64,000 nucleotides of DNA from Octopus vulgaris. Lineage: Eukaryota. Below the pieces are notes generated by a model. The model saw only the letters and a list, made by a program, of their open reading frames with translations, had not been told where the DNA came from and did not search any database. Both the position numbers and the translations under genes were made by a program. Shown one piece after another: positions 14,279-27,400 of this stretch (position 1 is the stretch's first letter; each line of letters begins with the position of its first letter). The DNA is taken from NCBI GenBank assembly GCA_951406725.2, contig OX597832.1, positions 50,468,001-50,532,000 on the forward strand, in the 5' to 3' direction.

Positions 14279-17233
14279 TATATATATATATATATATATA
14301 TTAATGAATGATTTAAGTCAAATTATATATGGAAACAATTAAACATTATACTAAAGGATTACTCAATACCTTTTAGTAGAGTATCTTTTTTTTTTTTTAT
14401 TCAACTTTTACAAGGATGACCAGTGACTTTGAAATTTCGGTTTTCTAGCCTTTCTTCAGTCTGAAGGGGGCTAGCAAATCAAAACTTCAAAATTGCTATC
14501 ACCTGTCTCCTCTTAAAAGTTTAATAAATTAATTGATGTATGCATGCATGTGTGTGTGTGTGTGGCTCCAAACTTACAGGGAAAAATTAGATTTAGTATC
14601 AAATCAAATTTCACAGTATAAATATATAAAATATATTTATCTCTAATTCATATTTTATATATACATATATATATCTGGTGAAGCAGAAGTCCCTAAAAAA
14701 ATTGGCCTTTTGTTTAGTTAAGAAAATAAAAACTTGAACACAAAAAAATGAAGCCGAAGTAAAAGTGAAAATTACCCCTTTTTGGATACATAGTTCCCGT
14801 GTAAATTGTAAAGCCTCTTCACCATATGGTTCCGCTGGTATTGTTGAACCACCACCAGGTGCAGGTCTTGAGGCACGAGGACAATCAATACCTAAGAGAA
14901 AACATAATCATGAAATAATTAACATGTGGCTAAAAAGAAATTACTCATCAGATTAAATTTTGCTACAGCTACCAGCGCTTATACTAATGATATACATACC
15001 ACTTCCACATAATGCCTGACTAATATAGATATCATTTCTACTTTATGCCTCATCACAAGAAGTCGTGAATTACTACCTAGGTTTGGCGATACAAACATGA
15101 AAATAGACCACAAAACATGCACGCGCGCGCATGTATGTGTGCGTGCGTATTAATATTCAGCAAAAGTTACTCAAGGGCGAAGAGTTTTCTATGTTGGCAC
15201 TTTGTAATTCTCGGCCCTAGAGTCATTCTGTAACTTCTGCCGAGTATTTTTCTGCAATGTAAGGATAATTTATCTTGATCACACTATTTTTTAGCATTAT
15301 CATGCGTTTGAGAACAAAAAATTTATATCTATATATTTGAAATGAGAAATATATGAAATATCAAAATATCTATACTGTTGAAAGCTGAAAATCATAGTTG
15401 TCTTCATGCTTTTCTCCCTATAACATTCTTGTAATTCCATTAGCATCTTGATGCAAGCATAGCTACGTAATTATGAAGTTCATTTCCTGACCACATAGTT
15501 TTATGCTCAATTCCATACATAGCATGGCAGCTTAGGCAAGTGTTTTCACTGAAGCCCTAAGCCAACCAAAGTCTTGAGAGTGAATTAACGGATAGAAGTC
15601 CATCATATGTGTATATAGTTGTGTGTTTGATTTTATTTGTGCTTCTCCAAAAACTGTGATGTTGCCATTTTCCTTGCCAAGAAATCATCCACTGGGTTTG
15701 TAACCTTCAAATATGAGTCGAATAAAAAGTCCCTTACTTGTGGCAGAAAGGACATCCAGCTGCAAAACAATTCCTTAGTAACATATTTGTCTAACCTATG
15801 TTTGTATCAAAAAATAGATGTATAAGCAAAACACTATTTACGTAAGTGGAATAGAAAGCAGATTAATAAATGTGAGATTACCAGAGATAAGGAATGTAAT
15901 GAGGCAAGTTTCTCTGGGGATAAAAAGCCGAAGACGGGATCCACTTGCCACAAACTCAACTATAGCCTCTGATCGTCCAGCCCTTTGCAAGAATGGTAAA
16001 AACTGTTTAGACTTGCTAAAATCCTGCAAATAAATTATATAATGATAAATATAAAAAATGTAATCAGTTAAGACATGGCAAAGAGATAAAAAGCTCTAAT
16101 AACTAATTAAAACTGCAACATTTCTAACAAATCATAACAATTGATTGAATAAGATGATTTCTATTGTAATAATTTTATGACTATTTCTAAACAGTTGATA
16201 TTAACTTTCAATATAATCAAAAATTTGGAAGAGTTTAATAAAATATCAGTAACATTATATACCGTAAATCCTCAAGTATAATACGCAAGGGATTTTTAGA
16301 GGGCTGTACCTCTGAAAAACCTAAACCTTGTGTATAATACGCACCCCTTCTCTAACATGAATCAAGGAGGTCTATATAACGTCCTTGGTTTGTAAAAATG
16401 TATACGGTAACATTCTTTATTATTATTGTATATATAACATAATGCAAACGTGTAGCTTTTTTGTGCATTTTGTTTGCAGAAAATAAAGAAATAACAGTAA
16501 TAACGTTTAATAAATGTTGCTTACTGCAAGTTATGGATGATTTAAGGTATTTTTGTGCCCGACATCACAAAATGCGTCTGAATAAACATTGCTGGACAGC
16601 AAATAGAGACTCGGACATTGCTTAGAAAATAATTTTCATTTTTAACCTCGTGTACAATACGCACTAGGGATTTTGACCTTTAAATTTTGGGGAAAAAATG
16701 CGGATTATACTCGAGGATTTACACCAACTGAAATTTCATATCACTGATGTAACAAGGTTTTAGGTTTTAATATTGACATTTAGTAGGGCAGTCACAAGTA
16801 CTAAACAGGTTAATAAGTCAATGAGTTTGAACAACATATTTGACGTAACAACAGAGCAAATTAGAACTGAATAAAGCAACTCAGTAATGGAAATAGTTAA
16901 GTTTATAGTGATAAGAATCACATCATTATCATAATTTTTACACCTCCTTTTCCTGCTGCTACGGACTGAATGAGGTTGTTACAGTTCAAGTCAATTCCTA
17001 TTCAGAATTACTGTTCATATAAATGAGTTGAAGGATCAGGTCTCCCTTGAATGTTTGGCTTGGTTTCCACAGCTGGATGCTATTCCTATCCCCAACAATT
17101 TTATAGAGGGGATTTTTATTGTAACACCAGCAATAGATAGATTGCCAAATCTTCACGAGACAAAACTAAGGATCCTCTCAACCCTATGATTCCTCTCTGC
17201 TCAAAAACTAACCCTTTTACAGCATACTTGGTG

Positions 17234-17268
<35 letters not shown>

Positions 17269-20200
17269 AAATAAGAAAATGGAGGAATAGATTTCTTTCA
17301 ATCATCAACTTCCTATTTAATATAAATAATTAGTTAATAAATTATATGAATTGGTATTATCTGGAAGTTGATGATTTAAATCTATTCCTCCATTTTTTAT
17401 TTTGTATTATGAATTTGAGGTAAAACATTTTACCTTCGCCCATATAATACAATAAATGAAATAATTGCATTGCAATTCTTAGCATTTATGTATAACCCTT
17501 CTAGGTACTTTACTGGCAGTATATAGGATAAGTGATATCCCATAGTGGATTACACTCATAACCCCTATCTCACTTTGTACTTATATATATATCATGGCCC
17601 CAGAATTAGTGAGATTGTCTTGTACACAGTAAGAGAAAGGAATCCTCACTACTCCAAAAGCCTTCACTATACAAAACTAGTAACACTTATCAAAGCTAAA
17701 AACCAAAACAGTAAATTAACAAAATAGTTAATCTTCAAAATTGTTTTCACAAGAACTCCATTTCAAAGAGACTGTGCTTTCACCATTCTTCATAAATAAT
17801 ACCTGAGAGACAAATGTAAATGTGTGCATGTGTAAAAATCAGTTCGTATTTGTGCATGCATGCAATGCACCCACACATAACCAAGTTACCAAAGGTTTAC
17901 TCACTCCAGACAAATCTGCAACTCTATGAATTGGTGGTTCTTTTTTAGAGTGAACACCAAGTCCTTTCTTTTGTGCTCTGGACTCTGCACTAAGTAACTC
18001 ATCGTAGTGGGCAGATCGTTGGTCATCATCTTGACGATGGCGGATCACAGTTGCCAGACCTTTACTCACCAAAGCCTCAGCCACATTACTGGATAAAGAG
18101 AAACGAAAATGAAACTATTGCAAACATTTGAGCGAGATTTCCAATCCCACCAAACCCACGAAAAGGAGTCATAGATACTGTCCTTCGCCATTAAACCATT
18201 AGCATTTAAACTGGCCATATCCAACTAAAATAATCTGGTTCTATATTTAAGAGATGAAGAATTATGAGCATTATTTACATTCAACAGATATTTGTCCTCA
18301 TCTTGTTTGTTGTTATCACATTTCAGCTGATATACCCTCCAGCCTTCTTCAGGTGTCTTGGGGAAATTTCGAACCTGGGTTCTCATTCCTAAGGTATCAA
18401 ACTTGGAATTTTGGGGTTAGTAGCCTACGCTCTTAACCACTACGCCATATGCCCATGGGAATATGGCATAGTGGTTAAGAGCGCGGGCTACTAACCTCAA
18501 GATTCCGAGTTCACTTCCAAGCAGTGACCTGAACATTAGCAATAATAATAACAATAACATCGAAAAATACCTTAGGAATAAGAACCCAGGTTCGAAATTT
18601 CCCCCAAGATACCCGAAGAAGGCTGGAGAGTATATCAGCCGATACTGCAGGGCATTTGGACATAAATTTATTTTTGAACAAGTGAAACACCTACCACTCT
18701 CAACGCAAGACTATTAATGAATTCATCAAAATGCAAATTAGTAGAATTCTCCTACATTAACCCTTTTGATGCCAGCCTGCCTTAGACCCTCCTTGGTTTA
18801 TATTACAAGCTTCCTGATTTAAAGTGATCTAAATTAGAATCTTCCTTCAATATTTTGTGTTAATTTATGTTGCAAACATCTGATTAAAATGGTAAATTTT
18901 TTTTTACTAAATTCTTCATTTTTTTTCTAAATGAATTGAAACAATAAATGTATTTACACAGAAATATGGTAACAAAAGGGTTTGTCCCTTAACCCTTTAG
19001 CATTTAAACCGGCCATATCCGACCAAAAGTATTCTGCCTGTTTTATGTTCAAACTGACCAGATCTGGTCTCTCACACCAGCCCTACAATATCGTTTTAAA
19101 ATTCAACAGCTACCTCATCAAAATCTCATAGCTACTAGATAATGCATGATTAGCTCAAAACAATGTAGATAAAGAAGGATTAATTTTGGCAGAATAATGC
19201 AAACACTAAAGGGTTAATATATAGAAGAGCCTTACATGACACTTATTTCAAGTGCAATTTTACAAAGAGTTTACAATTAAATCAGGTATCTAAACTATAT
19301 ATTTTGACAATAAAAATCAACAACAGCAATGATAGATGTTGGCTGAAGGAATTTCGAATTGTATTAATAATTAAAATGAAGAGAATTGAAGAATGAGACA
19401 CTTACATATTCCCACTTGTTACGGTGCAGCAAGTTTTCTCTGGAAAACCTCCAGAAGCTGGTTGAATATAATCAATTTGCACGTTGACCTACACAATTAT
19501 AAAACAAGGGAAAATGCCAGAATGAAAAAAAAAAAATTTTTTTACAAAGTTTGAGTTTTCACAAGATAAATTCTTTGTTAGGATTGATTAAAAGTTTCAA
19601 GTAATCTAAAACAAAAACCACAATATTCTATGAAAATTATAATCTGATAATATTGCATATAATAAGCTAAAAAGCAAGAAATCATCGTCATCGTTTAACG
19701 TCTGCTTTCCATGCTGGCATGGGTTGAATGGTTTGACTGAGGACTGGCAAGCCAAGAGGCTGCACCAGGCTCCAATCTGATCTAGCAAAGGTTTCTACAG
19801 CTGGATGCCCTTCCTAACGCCAACCACTCTGTGAGTGTAGCGGGTGCTTTTTGAACTCAGAGTGCAAACTGTTGGAACAAACAGTATCCAACATTTTGAC
19901 TGTCAAGTCATCACCTTCAAAAATTAAACTAAAAAGAATAAAGCAGAACTGTAAATAACTGTAAACACTTATATAAAGACCTACAGAAAAACATTGATAT
20001 TAAAGTTTGTTTTCCAAAGATCAACAAGGTTTAAGTACATTAACTAGAAATATATTAGTTTCTCCTTATGAGAGCTCAAAATCTCTCGTGGAAGCATCAT
20101 CCAACCAAAATGCAAATATATGGGAAACTACCACCCGTGTCATCTCTTGTGAAAGGTAGGAGAGTCCAGTTTGCTGGACATTGTTGTAGAGCTGAAAACG

Positions 20201-23200
20201 AGGCAATTTCTACTCTTCTCCTCTGGAAGCCATCTACTCGCAATACCAGAGATACAGGCATCCAGCAACAGGACTTCCGTAATGCCATGATGGACCGTGA
20301 AGTCTGGTGTAGCATGGTAAATTCCATTGTCTCGACCACAGTCGAACAATGAGTGAATGAATTAGTTTCAAATTTTGGCACAATGCCAGCAATTTCGAGG
20401 GAGGTGATAAGTCGATTACCTCAACCCCATTATTCAACTGGTACTTATTTTATTATTCCAGGCAAAGTCAACCTCAGCAAAATTTGAACTCTAAACATGA
20501 AGACAGACAAAATACCACTAGACATTTTGCCCAGCAGGTTAACAATTCTGCCAGCTCAATGGCTTTCATTCACTAGAAATATTATTAAGTTACAATTTGA
20601 TCCAAGACTTTGATATTAATAAAACTAATACCAAAACATACCTTTTTACCCACAAGTTTTTTGCGCATGAATTCTCGAGCCTCAAACATGTAAGGGATAT
20701 CATAGAGTGGTCTCACACGCCGATTAGAGTCTTTCATGATATTTGGTGTAGCATTCTCATTGTTTTCTGATTGAAGTCTAAAGAAAGAGGGGAAAAAAAG
20801 AAAAAAAAACATTTTAAAGATTTCAAAGTTCAAAGTAAATTTAGGTCACAAACAAAGGAAATTATTACGAGGCGCAGTAGTGGCTGTTTGGTAACTAGCT
20901 TGTTTACCAACCACATGGTTCCGGGTTCAGTCCCACTGCGTGGCACCTTGGGCAAGTGTCTTCTACTATAGCCTCGGGCCGACCAATGCCTTGTGAGTGG
21001 ATTTGGTAGAGGAAACTGAAAGAAGCCTGTCGTATATATGTATATATATATGTGTGTGTATATGTGTTTGTGTTTGTCGCCCTAGCATTGCTTAACAACC
21101 GATGCTGGTGTGTTTATGTCCCTGTTACTTAGCGGTTCGGCAAAAGAGACCGATAGAATAAGTACTGGGCTTACAAAAAGAATAAGTCCCGGGGTCGAGT
21201 TGCTCGATTAAAGGCGGTGCTCCAGCATGGCTGCAGTCAAATGACTGAAACAAGTAAAAGAGTTAAAGAGTAAAGAGTAACAGTAATATATCTTTGTTAC
21301 TTACCGAGGAGGTCGAATACTAGCAAGGAATATTTTTCTGGTATCTGATGATTTAACAATCATAGCATCTCCATTAACAATCTCTACAACCTGAAGAAAA
21401 CAAGTGAAATAAGAATAGAAAGTGACAAGAGAAAATTGTTCGTGTTTAAGAATAGTATATTTGTGATAGTTAAGGGAACATGGTCTAGTAGTTTGGGTGT
21501 TGCACTCATGATTGCAAGGTTGTGGTTTCGATTCCCAGACCAGGTGGTGCATTGTGTTCTTGAGCAAAAAGCTCCATTTCACGTTGCTCTGTGATCATGT
21601 TGACACCTGACATATGGTACACTATGCACCTGTTCAGGTAGCATTAATTTGAAAAAGGAACTGAGCACAAACATTTGATCCCTATAAACAAATCATTTGT
21701 GCAGCTAAAAGGCAAGTGAAATCAAATCAATCAAAAGCAAAATCAAATTCGATGACTGGCGTCCGTGCTGGCAGGGTGCAAAGAGCACCATACGAGTGTG
21801 ATCATTGACAGAGTGGCTAACCGGCTTCCGAGCCAGTGGCACTTAAAAGGCACCATTCGAGCATGATCGTTACCAGCGTCGCCTTACTGGCATTTGTGCC
21901 CTTGCTAGTAGGGTGCCAAGATCACCATCCGAGTGTGATCATTGCCAGAGCAGACAACTGGCTTCCATGCCAGTGGCACGTAAAAGGGCACCATTCGAGC
22001 GTGATCGCTACCAAAGTTGCCTTACTGGCACCTGTGCTGGTGGCATGTGTAAAAGGATTCGAGCGAGGTTGTTGCCAGTACCGCCTGACTGGCTCCCGTG
22101 CCGGTGGCACGTAAAAAGCACCCACTACACCCTCGGAGTGGTTGGCGCTAGGAGGGGCATCCAGCTGTAGAAACTCTGCCAAATCAAGATTGGAGCCTGG
22201 TGCAACCATCTGGTTCACCAGCCCTCAGTCAAAATCGTCCAACCCATGCTAGCATGGAAAGCGGACATTAAACAATGATGATAATATGAATTCAGCAAGA
22301 AATTGCAGAGCTCTCTTTCTTGGACTACAAGAAACTACCATCATTTGTGATTAGAGGCATCTACCATAGATGATCAACCGAACCTGAATGACTTCAAAGG
22401 ACTTTCGTACCTTTCCCAAGGGCATTTGCACATTTAGTGTAATTTCCATAACTGAAAAATTAAAACTGGCAACTTTTCAAGAGCTTACCACCTATGCTAC
22501 AGTACTCATCACATACACGCAATATCACTCATCAAGCCTGTACTTAATCACTCAACCTGCTACAATTAGTAGCCAAATCTCCCTCTAATCACATGACAAC
22601 AAACTAAATTGATCACCAACTCTCAAACACAAGACATGCTTCTAATTTTGCCACTCACCTTAGCAGTAAAGTTTTTACTTTTATCATCAATAACGACACC
22701 AGATGGTTTGTAGTCTTTCCATATCCGCAGTCGGTTTTCTTTGGCTTTTCTGTAATATACAACGGGAATGTTTTTTCAATATGAAACACAAAGTTCAAAA
22801 GGGAAAAGTTTAGAAACTATGATTATGTAATTTATAATTGCTACATTTGGGATTTAATATCTTAGCATTGGCAGAAAATATTATCAAATACCCAGTAATC
22901 GTTCTATATTTTAAAATACTTTGGAGTAGGGGATAAGGGAGAACAACAGTATAAACAATCTGAACAAAAAAAAAGACATTAAAGCCAAAAGATACAGTAA
23001 TGAAATTTAAATTAAGTTTGAAGATCATTATTATATCAATTCCATCAACATCATTTAATGTCCATGTTCCATGTTGTAATTGGCTGGATGGTTTCACAGG
23101 ACCCAGTGGGTTCAGGGACTGCATCATGCTTTTGCCTCACCTTTGACACGGTTTCTACAGCTGGATGCCCTTCATAACACCAGCCACTTTGGTGTTGTCT

Positions 23201-24423
23201 GGGTGCTTTTTTCATGCCTATTTCTTTACTACCCACAAGGGGCTAAACACAGAGAGGGGACAAACAAGGACAGACATAGGTATTAAGTCGATTACATCGA
23301 CTCCAGTGCGTAACTGGTACTTATTTAATCAATCCCGAAAGGATGAAAGGCAAAGTCGACCTGGGTGGAATTTTAACTCAGAACGTAGCGGCAGATGAAA
23401 TACTGCTAAGCATTTCGCCTGGCGTGCTAACGTTTCTCCTCACCCCGAGCGGATAAATCTTTTGCCTTTTGTTTTTTTTTCATGCCATCACACTAGGAAG
23501 ATGCAGCTTGCAAAACTATGGACCTCAGGGGGAAGGATGCGGGGGACAAAGTTAGGCTAGGAGAATGAGTAGAGAGAAGTATAGAAAGATAAAAGGGTTT
23601 AGATGCTGATAAAAGTAATTGAAAAAAAAAAACAAAATTAAATCACTCTAATTACCTTTCAGCTGCACGATACTTTTCAGTCCCACTTGTAACAACTCCC
23701 ATGCTCCAGTCAACACATCGTGCAAAACCTTCACTTAATAAAAATTCTGTAATGTTGCCTCTCTGTAAGTAGGAAACAAAAAATTTCATTTTAAATTATT
23801 AGAATCTCATTTGCATTTGAGTTGGATATGGCCAGTTTGAATGTCAAAGAGCTAAATTTCAAAAATACATGCACGTAAAAAGCACCCTCTACACTCTCGG
23901 AGTGGTTGGCGTTAAGAAGGGCATCCGGCTGTAGAAACTCTGCCAAATCAAGATTTGAGCCTGGTGCAGCCATCTGGTTTACCAGTCTTCAGTCAAAATC
24001 GTCCAACCCATGCTTGCATGGAAAGCGGACGTTAAATGATGACGATGATGCTTCTGATAGGACTGAATGGAAAAGGGGTAAACAGCTAATTAGATGATGT
24101 TCCATTGATAGAGACTGAACTGCATTAAAAATTCTTTAATACTAAAGCATGAAAACATGATGATAAAAGGAAATGAAAGCCATCTGTGTCTTCAGAAATC
24201 AATAATACAGCTTTATTGAAGAAGCTTTCACACTCTGACCTACATCCATGAAACAACCACAGTATTCAGCAGCATTGTGTGGTAAGTAGCTTGCTTACCA
24301 ACAACATGGTACCGGGTTCAGTCCCACTGCGTGGCATCTTGGGCAAGTATCTTCTGCTATAGCCCCGGGCCGACCAATGCCTTGTGAGTGGATTTGGTAG
24401 ACGGAAACTGAAAGAAGCCTGTC

Positions 24424-24485
<62 letters not shown>

Positions 24486-27400
24486 GTGTGTGTATGTTCC
24501 CCATAGCATTGCTTGACAACCGATGCTGGTGTGTTTACGTCCCCGTCACTTAGCGGTTTGGCAAAAGATACCGATAGAATTGTAAGTACTGGGCTTACAA
24601 AGAATAAGTCCCGGGGTCGATTTGCTCGACTAAAGGTGGTGCTCCAGCATGGCCGCAGTCAAATGACAAACAAGTAAAAGAGTAAGTGTTCAATGCTGGC
24701 ATAATTGGATGGTTTGACAAGATCCGATGGGCCCAAGAAACACAGCATACACCAGCGTTTGTTTGGCCTGGTTCGGTTTCTACGGCTGGCTGCCCTTCTG
24801 AATGACAATCACTTTATAACATGTACTGGGTGTAATTTTCATGCCAACAGCCTTAGTAAGATCACCATGCAGCTTGCAAGAATTATGAACCCATTAGTTG
24901 AAAGGGGGTACTTTATGCTAAGAGGGTGAAAAGTAGGCAGAGATAAGGGCCAAAGGAAAATGGAATACCTGCTGCAGAGGAGCTACACGACATTGGCACA
25001 AAAATATTATCAAATACCCAGTTATCGTTTTATATTTTAAAATACTTTGGAATAGGGGATAAGGGAAAACAATAGTATAAGCAATCTGAACAAAAAAAGG
25101 AAACATTAAAGCAAAAAGACACAGTAATGAAATTTAAATTAATTAAGTTTGAAGATCATTATTATATCAATTCCATCAACATCATTTAATGTCCATGTTC
25201 CATGGCTGTAATTGGTTGGACAATTTTATAAGGGATGATGAGGTTTTCAGAGTGAACCTTCTCTTCTAAGATATGAATTTAAAATTAAATTTCAGAAGTT
25301 TCTTTCTGAGTTCAATAATACTTCTGTAGAGGCATTAAACAAGGTTTGGTTTTGATTAGAATATTATTAACAGCTTTAGTCTATACAGGCATAACCTCTA
25401 TTTTACACCTTGAGCTATCATATACTTTATGTTAGGAAGCCAACATTTTCTTTAACCCTTTTGCTACCTATCTACCTTAGGACACACCTAGTTCTGCGAT
25501 TTTAATCCTTTAGCAGTTAATCCAGCCCAAATATTCTACAGTTTTATGTTAAGACTGACCAGATCCAACCTCTCACACCTACCCTAAATGTCATTCTAAA
25601 TATATACAAACCCACCATTGACGTCTCAAAGTTACAAAGATAATGTGTAATTAATTCAAAACAAGGTGAATAAACAAACAATACATTTGAGAAAGAATTC
25701 AGAATCTTAAAGGGTTTAAGCAATTTAAATTAAAAACCTATCAAATTTTCGTGTTAATTTATGCTCCAAATACTGGCTTAATAATGACAAAGGTATTTTA
25801 CTAATTTCTTAGTTAATTTCAAAGTTAATTGAAACAAAGGTAGTGCAATTCAACTGAAATATGATACAGAAAGGAGGGTTAATATTTTTTTACTGTTCCT
25901 TTTAAATTAAAATAAATCCAATATAGATTTTACATGAAATAAGTTTATTGTAATAGTTTGATGTATGCTGAACAGTTTTGGAAGATATAATGTGCATTTG
26001 TAAATAAATTTAAGAGCAAATTGACTTTTCCAGTAGCAATTATTATATGAAAAATGCAAGACAGGAAAACTGAAAAATACCTGATAATATTATATGCGTT
26101 AATATTATAGGTGTAGGAGTGGCTGTGTGGTAAGTAGCTTGCTTACCAACCACATGGTTCTGGGTTCAGTCCCACTGCATGGCACCTTGGGCAAGTGTCT
26201 TCTACTATAGCCTCGGGCCGACCAAAGCCTTGTGAGTAGATTTGGTAGACGGAAACTGAGGGAAGCCTGTCGTATATATGTATATATATATGTTTGTGTG
26301 TCTGTGTTTGTCCCCCCCAACATCGCTTGACAACCGATGCTGGTGTGTTTATGTCCCCGTAACTTAGCAGTTCGGCAAAAGAGACCGATAGAATAAGTAC
26401 TAGGCTTACAAAGAATAAGTCCTGGAGTCGATTTGCTCAACTAAAAGGCGGTGCTCCAGCATGGCTGCAGTCAAATGACTGAAACAAGTAAAAGAGTAAA
26501 AGAGAGTTCCAGGGCAGTAAGATAGCCAAGAAGCTCATTTTGCAACCACTTGGTTTTAGGTTCAGTCCCATTGTACAGCGCCTTGGGCAAGTGTCTTCTA
26601 CTATAGCCCTGGGCTGACCAGTGCCTTATGAATAAATTTTGTAGAGAGAAACTGTGTGTATGTGTGTGTGCGTGTCTGAATGCATGCACACGCACACATG
26701 CCTGCTGTTTGAATGAGGGAGAATAAATATGAAGTGGAAAAGTAAACCTTACCGGATGTATGACTGTTCCAAGGAAGTTTTGGTTAGAGGTTCCTTCCAG
26801 AATGATTTTGACATCTCTTTGCAGCAACCGTGATTCAGTGAAATATTTGGCTTCTTCTGCAAATTCTTCTGCTACTTGTTGAACACCTTCCATTTTGAAC
26901 ATTGGTGCCTTGAAGAAAAGAAAAAAGAAAAAGGGTTTTTTTTTTTTATTTTACAAAAAATAGATTTATGTTTTTGTATCATTGTTATATTTTACACTTA
27001 TTTTCATTTACTTTCAAATCCATGATAACTGTTGCAGGGGGAAAATGTTAATTTATTACATTTCTCTGTTAACCAGAGCTAACTGAATATTAAAAGGGCA
27101 GTATGGCTCAGACACAAGAGGGGAGGCGGTATATTTATACAGCCTGCTCTGTAATATGGCTGGTATTAAGAAGGGTACACAGCTGTAAAACCATGCCAAA
27201 AGAGAAAGTGGAGCTTGGTGCAGTCCTCTGGTTTGCCAGCTCCTGTCAAGCTGTCCGATCCATGCCAGCATGGAAGATGGAGGTTAGATGATGACGACGA
27301 CGATATATGTGTGTGTGTAAGCATGGGTTTCTTTGTGGTTAAGAAACTTGATTTGCAACCATGCCATCTTGGTTTCAGTCTCAATGTTCACGAGGTGATC

